DNA of 64,000 nt from an uncultured delta proteobacterium. Lineage in GTDB: Bacteria > Myxococcota_A > Polyangia > Polyangiales > Polyangiaceae. The stretch is taken from the NCBI GenBank assembly GCA_963806225.1, contig CAWDXG010000004.1, positions 1,184,001-1,248,000 of the forward strand, written 5' to 3'. Below the pieces are notes generated by a model that was given only the letters and a program-made list of their open reading frames with translations, searched no databases and had not been told where the DNA came from. Made by a program: the position numbers and the translations under genes. Shown here in pieces: positions 54,909 to 64,000 of the stretch (position 1 is the first letter of the stretch; every line of letters begins with the position of its first letter).

Positions 54909-56699
54909 CTACTTGGTCAGGTCTGTCGTGGTGACGTTGGGCGGCGTCACCCCGGGCATCGGGAACGCCTGCCCGAACGTGAAGTACGCCGCACCGGGAA
55001 AGGTGCGGTAGCCGCGGGTGAGCGGGAAGCCCCAATCGGCGCGGAAGACGATGCGGTCGGCCTGGGGAAACAGCATCCGGATCCCCAGGCCGGCGTCCTG
55101 CTTGGGGCGAAGGTTCGAGAATCCGTCGAAGGCGTCACCCGTGTCATAGAACAGCACGCCGCCGAGCTGCGCCGAGAGCAGCTCCGCTGCGCGGGTGCGG
55201 AACTCGAGCGAGCCCGCCACCAGGTCCTGGCCGAGGAAGCTGTCGATCGGATAGCCCCTGAGACGCGTGTTGCCGCCCAGCGTGAAGCGCTGTCGCAGGT
55301 AGTTCTTCTCGTGGTCGGCCAGCACGGCGTCGTAGACCAGGCGCCCCGGGCCGAGGCTGGGCGAGACCACGCGGGTCTTGGCCTTGAACAGGGCGTCCGT
55401 ACCCCCGTGGGCTGCCAGCTCGACCTGCGACGAGCCGAGCACGCGCACGAGCCCGTCGCCGAGCGGAGCGGTATAGGAGGCCGAGAGATAGGTGCCGAGC
55501 AGGGTCCGCGAGGAACCGAGCGCTCGGCTGGCGGGATAGACGCGCGCCAGGATGTCGTGACCGAGGCTGTAGTCCTCCTCGAGGCCCAGCGTGTTGAAGT
55601 CGTGGACGCGCAGGAAACGCGAAGTGTGGGCGTGGAGCTGGACGTACGGGCTGATGCGCGTATCGCTCACGGGAACCTGCGTCCCGGTGAATTCGCGCGC
55701 CGCACGCGGGTCGAACCTCGACAGATCCGTGGCGTGGAATCGCCGGCGGTACGCTTCCATTCCGACCGACAGATCCTGCTTCAGTCCGTGCCCGAACGAC
55801 CGGGTCAGCTCGTAGTCCCCGTACCAGAGATCACTCTTGTACTCGTACGGGATCGCGTCGTCGGCCGGAGTGGCCGCTGCGTCGTAGGTGCGCTCGTTTC
55901 CTCCAACGAACAGCCGCGTGACCTCGGTGCGCCACAGGATGGTGGTGTCCCAGGCCCACTTGGCCTCCAGCGAATAGAGCGGCTGACCGTAGTAGAAGCT
56001 GCCGAACGACCCTTCGGGTCGACCGGTGTCGCGATTGACGATGACGTTGCCGCCGAAAGAGCCCTCGATGCGGCTGCCGGCGATTCGCGGGTCGTCGAAC
56101 GCCCCGCCCAGCGAGAACGTATCCGGCTTGAGCACGAACAGGCCGCTGACGGAATTGTGCGTTCCGAACCAGTTGATCTCGCTCGGCTGCAGCACGAGGT
56201 AGTCGAGCGTCCCGTTCGAGACGCCGAAGTCCGTGTTCAGCCGGAGGCTCCACACGTCCTTGGTGATCACCACGACGCGCACACGGTCCGGCCGGCTGCC
56301 GGCCACGGGAACGATCAGCACTAGTGACAACTGCCGGAGATCACGCAGGTTGCGGGCCGACTCCTCGACGCGGTCCCGGTCATAGGGCTGGCCCGTATCG
56401 AACAGGAGCTCGCGGCGGACAACCCGCTTCCGCGTCGTGACGTGGAAGACGTTGAAGAAGTCCGGCACCGGGTCGGTCTCGTCGAACACGCCGAGCGGCA
56501 CCACGTCGATGCGTTCGATGATCTTGCCTTCCGGGTGCGGGTCGATGCGCCCGTGGTCGCGCGCCAAGACGCGGTGGATCGCCTCGCGCTCGTAGGCGGA
56601 GTATTTCGACCCGGCCGCGCGCGCCGGAGCCGACGCCAGCACGACCGTGATGGCAGCCAGTCCGAGGGAGCTGCTGGTTCTGCGGCGGCCGGACAGCAT
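54909..56699 (-). CDS. BamA/TamA (Omp85)-family outer membrane protein
   Basis: Signal peptide; POTRA-like (TTRKRVVRRELLF...ESARNLR); LGGNTRLRGY; FYDTGDAF; C-terminal FTFGQAF. Confidence 0.85.
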   Translation of the reverse strand: MLSGRRRTSSSLGLAAITVVLASAPARAAGSKYSAYEREAIHRVLARDHGRIDPHPEGKIIERIDVVPLGVFDETDPVPDFFNVFHVTTRKRVVRRELLFDTGQPYDRDRVEESARNLRDLRQLSLVLIVPVAGSRPDRVRVVVITKDVWSLRLNTDFGVSNGTLDYLVLQPSEINWFGTHNSVSGLFVLKPDTFSLGGAFDDPRIAGSRIEGSFGGNVIVNRDTGRPEGSFGSFYYGQPLYSLEAKWAWDTTILWRTEVTRLFVGGNERTYDAAATPADDAIPYEYKSDLWYGDYELTRSFGHGLKQDLSVGMEAYRRRFHATDLSRFDPRAAREFTGTQVPVSDTRISPYVQLHAHTSRFLRVHDFNTLGLEEDYSLGHDILARVYPASRALGSSRTLLGTYLSASYTAPLGDGLVRVLGSSQVELAAHGGTDALFKAKTRVVSPSLGPGRLVYDAVLADHEKNYLRQRFTLGGNTRLRGYPIDSFLGQDLVAGSLEFRTRAAELLSAQLGGVLFYDTGDAFDGFSNLRPKQDAGLGIRMLFPQADRIVFRADWGFPLTRGYRTFPGAAYFTFGQAFPMPGVTPPNVTTTDLTK

Positions 56700-56813
56700 G
56701 GAACCGGAAAAAGAGAGGACGCCCCGTGAATAGCAGGTCCGGCCGGCCAGATGGAGTGCGGGCGCTGGAAGCTGTGCCATCCCGAGCCCGCTGGCGGACA
56801 ATTCCGGTGCAGC

Positions 56814-57404
56814 ATGCCTTCATCCCGCGTCGCGACCTGGCTGGCTCTCCTCGCCGGCGCCCTGATCGGCGGCGCGGCCGCCGTGGTCGTCTCTTCGCGG
56901 TCCCGGCCGCCACCTCCGCCTCCGGCGGTGACCGAGCCGGCGCCGGTCTCCACGCCAAGCGCAGCGCCCGAGCGGCGGGCCGTCGCAGAAGCCGCGCCCG
57001 CTGACGCCGCCCCGGAGTCGGCGCCGACGGGCCCGGTGACCGCCTACGCGCCGTCCCTGCCAAACCGGCCGGGCGCCTTGAAGACCGCCTCGCTGCACTG
57101 CGCGTGGGGCCAGATCGAGGCCTGCCTGCAGACCGCAGCCGCCTTCCGCGACGGCCGGGGCACAGACGCCGACCCGGGCGAGGCCAGGCTCTACGAGCAC
57201 CGCGCCCGCGAGCTTGCGATCGAACTGTGCGAAGAGGGCCATGCCGAGGCCTGCTATGCCATGGCGTACATGTACGAACACGGCGTCGGCGTCGCCCGGA
57301 AACCGGAAAAGGTCGCGGGCCTGATCGCGCGGGTGAGGATGCTCTGCCACATCAATGCAGTGCCAATCTGCAGGCGTGTGGTCCAGGACGCGGATGGGGG
57401 CTGA
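56814..57404 (+). CDS. Sel1-like repeat membrane protein
   Basis: N-terminal TM, Pro-rich linker, ACYAMAYMYEHGVGVARK. Confidence 0.7.
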   Translation: MPSSRVATWLALLAGALIGGAAAVVVSSRSRPPPPPPAVTEPAPVSTPSAAPERRAVAEAAPADAAPESAPTGPVTAYAPSLPNRPGALKTASLHCAWGQIEACLQTAAAFRDGRGTDADPGEARLYEHRARELAIELCEEGHAEACYAMAYMYEHGVGVARKPEKVAGLIARVRMLCHINAVPICRRVVQDADGG

Positions 57405-57459
57405 CGCGCCGGGCGGGCACGGCTACTCGCGGCACCCCGCGTGAGCTACGCTCGCGCCG

Positions 57460-59055
57460 ATGCAGGTCCACCCCACCCGCGCCGCGGTCGATCTGGCGCT
57501 CGCCGGCATCGGCACGGTCGTGGTCGGTGTGGTCGCGCGCGAAGCGGCGATCGTCGCCTGGGGCGGCGCGCTGCTCGTCGGCCTCGCGATCGCGCGTTCG
57601 GTCACGGAGCTCAGCGTGGCGCGCATCCGCGCGGCTGGGTTCGAGATGCTGTGGACCACCGAGCCGCGCCAGCGCCGTGTGGCGCGCGGCGAGACGATCG
57701 AGCTTGAAGCCGAAGTGCGCAACCGCGATACCCGCGCCGCGCGCTACGTCCAGCTGCGTGCGATCGCCGCGCCGGAGCTCCAGGTACGCCTTGACCCGCC
57801 GGACGGCGAGGTCCCCGCCGCAGGACGGCTGCGCGTCAAGGTAGAGATTTCCGCGCCGCGCGTCGGCCGCTACGGGCTGCACGGCTTGTCGCTCGAGGTG
57901 CAGGGCAATCCCGGCCTGTTCGAGGTCCCGCTCACCTTCGCCAACCCGTTCGGCCTGGAGGTGATGCCGCGCCCCTACGCGGTCGCGATGCGCTCGGCGC
58001 GCGGCGGGCGCAGCCGCATGACCGCCGAGGCCGGACGCCCCGGGCTCTTGTCGGGCGACGGAAACGAGCTCCGCGAGCTCCGCGAGCACCAGCCCGGCGA
58101 TCCGTTCAAGCGCATCGCGTGGAAGGCGTCAGCGCGCCGCGGCGTGCTTCTGGTGCGCGACTACGAGCAGGAAGAGCGCGAGGTCGTGTGGCTCGTGCTC
58201 GATGCCTCGGTCGAGCTCTGGTCGGGCACTCCCGGCAAGGCGCCTCTCGACATCGCCATCGACGAGGTCTCGGCAGCGGCCGAGCGTCATCTCGCCCGCG
58301 GCGATCGCGTCGGGCTGGCGGTGGTCGCGTCGCGCGTGCTCGCCTGGCTGCCACCCGATCGCGGCCCCGCGCACGGCATCCACGTCATGAGCGCACTAGC
58401 GCACGCCGCTTCCACGCTGGACTCGGATCGCAGCGAGCTCGACGAAGCGGACGTGGCGGTGCGAGTGCTCGAGCACATGCGCCCCCTCGACCCAGCCGCT
58501 GTACGCAACGTGCACAGCCACGATCTGGATCGTATCGCCCGCCGGGCGGATCGCCTGCGCGCGCGTGCGCCCTTCGACGCGCCCGAGCCCTTCGCCGGCA
58601 GCGCGCGCGAGCGCGGCCTGCGCCGTTACCTCGCGGCGTTCGGCATCGGGTCCGCGCCGCGCCTGGAACCGGAGCGGCCGCGCACCGACCGCGAGTTGGC
58701 AGAGCTGTTCGAACGCTTGCAGAAGGAACGCCCTCGGCCCAGCGTCATCTACGTCTGGTCACCCGCGCCCGACCCGGCGGCGCGCCCGGCGGTCGAGCGT
58801 GCGCTCGCGCGCTTTCCCCGGCGCCGCATCGAGCTGTGCTGGGTCAGCATGAGCCACGTGCTCGGCATCCCGCGCGAAGGCTCACCCTTGATGCCCGCAG
58901 TCGCCGACGCCGTCGGACTGCGCGCGCAGGTGGCCCAGGAGCGCGGCGAGCGCGCGCTGCGCCACCTCGGCGTGCGCGTCCAGCGCTGGCGTCCCCGTCG
59001 CGTCGGTCCGCGCGTGGAAGCGGAACCCGGCAGCGGGCGGCCGCCAGCGGCATGA
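57460..59055 (+). CDS. DUF58 domain protein (MoxR partner)
   Basis: ELRELREHQPGDPFKRIAWKASAR, LLVRDYE, LVLDAS. Confidence 0.9.
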   Translation: MQVHPTRAAVDLALAGIGTVVVGVVAREAAIVAWGGALLVGLAIARSVTELSVARIRAAGFEMLWTTEPRQRRVARGETIELEAEVRNRDTRAARYVQLRAIAAPELQVRLDPPDGEVPAAGRLRVKVEISAPRVGRYGLHGLSLEVQGNPGLFEVPLTFANPFGLEVMPRPYAVAMRSARGGRSRMTAEAGRPGLLSGDGNELRELREHQPGDPFKRIAWKASARRGVLLVRDYEQEEREVVWLVLDASVELWSGTPGKAPLDIAIDEVSAAAERHLARGDRVGLAVVASRVLAWLPPDRGPAHGIHVMSALAHAASTLDSDRSELDEADVAVRVLEHMRPLDPAAVRNVHSHDLDRIARRADRLRARAPFDAPEPFAGSARERGLRRYLAAFGIGSAPRLEPERPRTDRELAELFERLQKERPRPSVIYVWSPAPDPAARPAVERALARFPRRRIELCWVSMSHVLGIPREGSPLMPAVADAVGLRAQVAQERGERALRHLGVRVQRWRPRRVGPRVEAEPGSGRPPAA

Positions 59056-59111
59056 CGCCGCGCAGGGGCTGCTATGCCCGGTTTGCCGTGCGGTAGTAGA
59101 ATCCCGGGGCG

Positions 59112-60062
59112 ATGCAGGCGTGCAAGCAGCCGGAATCGATCGAGATCGAGATCGACTCGCGCTGCAACCTGCGCTGTTCGATGTGCGCCGTGTCGAACAC
59201 GCTCTCCGGACGACCGCAGAAAAGCCTCGCGCCCGCCGCGCTCGACGCGATGCTCGAGCACCATTTCCCGGACGTGGAGCGGCTCACGTTCATCGGCTAC
59301 TCCGAACCGCTGCTCCACCCTGGGCTGCTCGAGCTGGTGCGCGTGGCCCGGGCGCGCGGGCGGCAGGTGACGCTGGCGACCAACGGATTGCTGCTCGGAC
59401 CCGCGCTCGCCCGCGAGCTGCTCGCCTCTGGCGTCGACGAGTTCGCGATCTCGTTCGACACCACCGATCCGTCGCTGTTCCGGCGCATCCGCGGCGTCGC
59501 GAGGCACGCGGTCGTCGTGGACAACGTGAGGTCGCTACGCCGCGCCATCGATGACAGCGGCCTGCAAGCCGGGCTGGAGCTGCGCGCGGTGCTCGGTGCC
59601 GAAAACCTCGGCGAGACCGAAGCGCTGATCCGCTTCGCCGCGAACGAACGCGCCGGCATCATCACGTTCGTCCGCGAGATGCCGCTCGGTCGCACCCTGG
59701 AAAGTCTGTACGAGGCCTACGCTGGCGTCGACTGGCCACGGCTGGCCGCCCTGGCCGTCGACCTCGGCCTCAGGATCCATTTCTCGAGCCCGGATCCGCT
59801 CGCGGTACGGCGCTGCGAGTGGGCGACGCGCTCGACCTACGTGACGGTCGAAGGCGAGGTCGCGCCCTGCCAGATCGCGGCGCTCGATCCGGAGTACCGC
59901 TTCGGCAACCTCGAAAACCAGCGCTTCGGCGAAATCCACGCCGGGCCCGGCTACAGCGCGTTCCGCGCCGGCGTCGCGCGCGGCGACATTCCGCCGCCGT
60001 GCCGCGGCTGCGCCTGCGTGTTCGATATGGCCGAAGGCAGCGCGTCCGGCGCCCGCGCGTAG
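59112..60062 (+). CDS. radical SAM protein with SPASM/twitch domain
   Basis: CNLRCSMC, GYSEPLLHP, ATNG, ISFD; C-terminal C...GEVAPC...FGNL...CRGC. Confidence 0.9.
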   Translation: MQACKQPESIEIEIDSRCNLRCSMCAVSNTLSGRPQKSLAPAALDAMLEHHFPDVERLTFIGYSEPLLHPGLLELVRVARARGRQVTLATNGLLLGPALARELLASGVDEFAISFDTTDPSLFRRIRGVARHAVVVDNVRSLRRAIDDSGLQAGLELRAVLGAENLGETEALIRFAANERAGIITFVREMPLGRTLESLYEAYAGVDWPRLAALAVDLGLRIHFSSPDPLAVRRCEWATRSTYVTVEGEVAPCQIAALDPEYRFGNLENQRFGEIHAGPGYSAFRAGVARGDIPPPCRGCACVFDMAEGSASGARA

Positions 60063-60164
60063 GCCGCGCACGCGACCTGTTCGAGGCTGGGCGACTGGAG
60101 CGGCGCGCGCGGGCAGGACGGCTCGCCGCTCGACAACCTCCCCGTCCCGGCCTACTGCACAAGC

Positions 60165-61079
60165 ATGGACGCCGAGGGATGGGAGGCGCAGGGAACGTAC
60201 CACTCGATCCGTGGACGGCGGGTTTTCGCGGTGGACAGCGGGGGCGAGCGGCCTTGCATGGTGGTCCTGCACGGCTATCCAACGTCTTCGTACGATTTCC
60301 ACCAGGTGCTCCCGCGGCTCGCGACCCGCTACCGCGTGATCGTGCATGACCATCTCGGCTTCGGACTGTCGGACAAGCCGCGCGACTACTCGTACTCGCT
60401 GCACGAGCAGGCGGATGTGGCGCTAGCGTTGTGGCAGGAGCTCGGGGTCGACTCGGCGCATCTGGTGGCCCACGACTACGGCACCAGCGTGGCCACCGAG
60501 CTCCTCGCCCGCTACGAGCTCGGCTGCCGCCCGGTGGAGCTCCGCTCGCTCACGCTGTGCAACGGCAGCGTTCACATCGAGCTGGCGCATCTCCGGGTGA
60601 TCCAGAAGCTGCTTTTGAGCGAAACGCTCGGCCCGCTGGTAGCGCGGCTCGGCAGCCAGCGCGTGTTCTCGTACAACATGAAAAAGCTCTGGGGCGCTCC
60701 GGCGCTGGTGTCGCGCGACGAGCTCGACGCGATGTGGGAGCTGCTGTCGCGCGATGACGGCAGGCTGCGCCTGCCGCAGATCACGCAGTACCTGCGCGAG
60801 CGCCGGCAGTTCTGGCACCGCTGGATCGGCGCGCTGGAAGAGTGCCCGCTGCCCGCGAACATCCTGTGGGGCACGGCGGATCCCGTCGCCGGACGCGACA
60901 TGGCCGAGCTGCACCACACCGAGATCCCCCAGAGCCGATTGGCGCTGCTGGAAGGCGTCGGGCACTACCCGATGCTCGAAGCGCCCGAGCGCTGGTCGGA
61001 CGCGCTGCTCGACCTTCTGGAGCTCGGCGCGGACACGACCACGCCGGGAGCGGAGCCGGCAGAACCGCCCATCGCGTGA
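60165..61079 (+). CDS. alpha/beta hydrolase (epoxide hydrolase/MEST-like)
   Basis: LHGYPTSSYDF, DHLGFGLSDKP, AHDYGT, WGTADPV, GHYPMLE. Confidence 0.9.
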   Translation: MDAEGWEAQGTYHSIRGRRVFAVDSGGERPCMVVLHGYPTSSYDFHQVLPRLATRYRVIVHDHLGFGLSDKPRDYSYSLHEQADVALALWQELGVDSAHLVAHDYGTSVATELLARYELGCRPVELRSLTLCNGSVHIELAHLRVIQKLLLSETLGPLVARLGSQRVFSYNMKKLWGAPALVSRDELDAMWELLSRDDGRLRLPQITQYLRERRQFWHRWIGALEECPLPANILWGTADPVAGRDMAELHHTEIPQSRLALLEGVGHYPMLEAPERWSDALLDLLELGADTTTPGAEPAEPPIA

Positions 61080-61158
61080 CGGAGTGCCCCGGCCGCCGTT
61101 CGACCCGGGGCTCGCTCTCCGTTTGACGCCCGCGCCGGGCTCTGGCTACAGACGCTGC

Positions 61159-63109
61159 ATGGTTGTGCAAGCGTACGGCACCTGGAAGGCAGCGATCGAT
61201 GCGGGGACGGTGGCGCGCGCTCCGAGCCCGCGCTTCGGCGCGCTCGACGTGCGCGGCGGCGCAGTGCGCTTCACCGAGTCGCGCGCTTCGGAGGGCGGGC
61301 GCACGACCGTCGTCGAGTGGCGGGACGGCGCTCTCTCGGACCTGATCCCCTCCGGCTTCAACGCGCGCACCCGCGTGCACGAGTACGGCGGAGGCGCGGT
61401 CTTCTATCACGGCGATGTGGTGTTCTTCTCCGCGTTCGCCGGCGGGCAGCTCTACCGCCTGGAGCGGCCCGGCGCCGATCCGATCGCCATCACGCCGGAG
61501 CCTCCAGAGCCGAACTCGCTCCGCTACGCCGACGGAACCGTCTCACCCGACGGTCACACGATCGTGTGCGTGCGCGAGCGGCACGAAGGCGGAGGGGTGA
61601 CGAACGAGCTGGTCGCTTTCCCCTGCAACGGTTCGGCGGCGCCGCGCGTCGTCGCCTCGGGGCACGACTTCTTCGCCGCGCCGCGCTTCGATCCGTCGGG
61701 CAAACGCCTCTCGTGGCTCAGCTGGGACCACCCGCGCATGCCGTGGGACGGCACCGAGCTGTGGCTCGCCGACGTGGCGCCGGAGGGCGCGCTGTCCGGC
61801 GCGCAGCGCGTCACCGGTGGTCCCGAGGAGTCGATCATCGAGCCACGCTGGTCGCCCGACGGGGTGCTGCACTTCGGCTCCGATCGCGACGGTTTCTGGA
61901 ACCTGTACCGGCTCGATTCGGACGACTGCGAGCGGTCGCTCACAGCGCTCGTGGGCGGCGAGGTCGGCTCTCCGGCGTGGGTCTTCGACACGCGCCGCTA
62001 CGCGTTCCTCGGCGACGGCCGCATCGCCTGCGTCGTGACGCGCGCGGCGACGGACTCGCTCGAGCTCCTCGACCCACAGAGCGGGAAGCTCGAGCCGACC
62101 GGTCTCCGCTACACGTCGTACGCTCCAACGGCGCTCGCCGCGGGCGGCGGCCAGATCGCATTCGCCGCCGCGTCGCCGACCGATCCACCGGCGATCGTGC
62201 TGTTCGATCCAGATAGCGGGCGCGAGCAGCGCGTGCGGAGCACGTTCGACGCTCCCGATGCGACGAGCGTGTCCGTGCCGCGCGCGATCGAGTTTTCCAC
62301 GCGAGACGGCGCGGTCGCGCACGCGTTCTTCTATCCGCCCAGGAATGCCGCGTTCGAGGGGCCGGCGGACGAGCGGCCGCCGCTGCGCGTGATCTGCCAC
62401 GGCGGGCCCACCGGGCACACCTCGCCGCGCTTCTCGCCGGAGGTGCAGTACTACACCGAGCGGGGCATCGGCGTGGTGGACGTGAACTACCGCGGTAGCT
62501 CGGGCTACGGGCGCGCCTACCGCCGCCTGCTCGACGGGCGCTGGGGCGAGATCGACTGGCAGGACTGCGTCTCGGCGGCAGAGCACCTGGCCGCGGAGGG
62601 GCTCGCCGATCCGGCGCGCACCTGGGTGGAGGGCGGCAGCGCCGGCGGCTACGTCGTCTTGTGCGCGCTGGTGTTCGACCCAACGGCGTTTGCAGCGGGC
62701 GTGAGCCTATTCGGCGTGGCCGATGCCGAGGCACTGGCGCGCGACACGCACAAGTTCGAGTCACGCTACCTCGACACGATGATCGGCCCCTACCCCGCGC
62801 GCGCCGACCTGTACCGCGAGCGCTCGCCCGTGCACTTCGCCGACCGGCTGGAGCGGCCGCTGCTGCTTCTGCAGGGGCTCGACGACAAGGTGGTGCCGCC
62901 GAGCCAGGCCGAGATGATGGTCGAGGTGCTGGACGAAAAGCGCATCCCGCACGCCTATCTGGCCTTCGAGGGCGAGGGGCATGGATTCCGCAAGGAGCAG
63001 AACATCCGCCGCACGCTGGAGGCGACGCTGGTGTTCATCGGCCGGGTCTTCGGCTTCTCGCCCGCCGGCGAGCTCGCGCCACTCGAGAATCGCGCATCTC
63101 GAGGGCTGA
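61159..63109 (+). CDS. S9 family (prolyl oligopeptidase-like) peptidase; missing from the ORF track
   Basis: Manual translation: MVVQAYGTWK..., HEYGGG, WDHPRMPWDGTEL, CHGGPT, VNYRGSSGYG, GGSAGG, HKFESRY, QGLDDKVVPP, EGHGF; the stop (TGA 63107-63109) needs removal of one extra base near 63088. Confidence 0.92.
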
Positions 63110-63276
63110 GGCCGGAGGCGCGGATACGGCACCTGCGTGGCGTTGTCGGTCCTGCTGACGGTCGTCAACTCCAGGCCGTGTCTCGAACTGCGCCGGCGCC
63201 CCGGGGCGTCGGCTGCGCCGAACGACAACGGCATCGCTCATGTCGGTGGACACGCGGCTCTAGTATCATGGCGGGC

Positions 63277-64000
63277 ATGTCCTCCCGCAGCTGGATAATC
63301 GCCGTCGCTTTACTGGCCGCCGCGTGCTCGAGCGGAGCCGAGTCCAACGTCACTCCGTCCGGAGGCGGCGGCGGCAGCGGCGGGTCGTCGGTCAAGACGT
63401 GCGTGTCCTGCGCCGCAGACACGAAGTGCGCTTCGGGGTCGAGCTGCACGATCCTGACCGGACAGGCGTGGTGCCTGCGCAGGTGTCCGAAAGGCGATGA
63501 ATGCGGCGCTGGCGAGGCTTGTCTGCTCGAGAGCGGCGTCTCCGGCGACCCGCTCATGGTGTGCGTGCCGCAGGCGGAGTGCGGTCAGCCGCCGACCGGC
63601 GACGCGGGGCCGCCGGTGGATGCGGCACCACCCCCGCAGGACACCGGCGGCGGCACGGGCGGGAGTGGCGGCAGCGCAGCGGACGCTGGCGCAGGCTCGC
63701 CGCTGCTGTTCGCGGCTGTGGGCGACACACGCGGCTCCCTGCCGCTCACCGTGAGCTACCCGACAGCGGTCATCACGCAGATCTACACGACTATCCAGGG
63801 GCTCACACCGCGGCCCGCGTTCGTGGTGTCCACGGGAGACTACGCGTTCGAGATCGCCAGCGACACGTCGTCGCAGCTCGACCTGTATCTCGGCGCGCGC
63901 AAGGTCTTCACGGGCCCGTTCTATCCAGCGATGGGCAACCACGAGTGCACGTGGCTGACGACGTCCAACTGCGGGCCCGGCACAGCGGACGGGATGACCG
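63277..64000 (+). CDS. calcineurin-like metallophosphoesterase lipoprotein, runs off the right edge
   Basis: Lipobox LAAAC, Cys-rich module, FAAVGDTR, VSTGDY, PAMGNHE. Confidence 0.85.
   Translation, partial: MSSRSWIIAVALLAAACSSGAESNVTPSGGGGGSGGSSVKTCVSCAADTKCASGSSCTILTGQAWCLRRCPKGDECGAGEACLLESGVSGDPLMVCVPQAECGQPPTGDAGPPVDAAPPPQDTGGGTGGSGGSAADAGAGSPLLFAAVGDTRGSLPLTVSYPTAVITQIYTTIQGLTPRPAFVVSTGDYAFEIASDTSSQLDLYLGARKVFTGPFYPAMGNHECTWLTTSNCGPGTADGMT

Noticed and set aside
56765..56780. TGGCAC on the minus strand upstream of the Omp85 gene as a sigma54 promoter
   Set aside because: No TTGC at the -12 position.
63110..63260. CGTTGTCG...CGACAACG inverted repeat as a MITE
   Set aside because: Only 8 bp, no target-site duplication or second copy in the window; plausible by chance at this GC content.

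Overview
High-GC (about 70% by eye) bacterial chromosome segment, most likely from a myxobacterium (Myxococcota, Polyangiales-like). The evidence is a MYXO-CTERM surface protein, a Ser/Thr kinase-PEGA cassette, Cys-rich repeat proteins, pilC-pilS and many lipoproteins. Core genes (lysC, pilC, pilS, ssb, ihfA, polA, hrpB, mutS, moxR) are interleaved with many uncharacterised envelope proteins. About 15 genes are broken by mostly single-base insertions, clustered at 16-24.4 kb and 44.5-46.5 kb; these look like long-read consensus errors rather than true pseudogenes. No rRNA, tRNA, CRISPR array, prophage or transposase was seen, and no complete novel system can be proven from sequence alone. The best leads are: (1) a recurrent TANNNT hexamer 6-10 nt before start codons, suggesting widespread leaderless transcription; (2) a consensus sigma54 promoter after pilS that drives an mlaC-like gene instead of pilR-pilA; (3) a two-copy structured intergenic repeat flanking a glycosyltransferase; (4) large Cys-rich beta-propeller-like lipoproteins tightly coupled to mutS; (5) a class II aldolase with a CxxCxxC tail.
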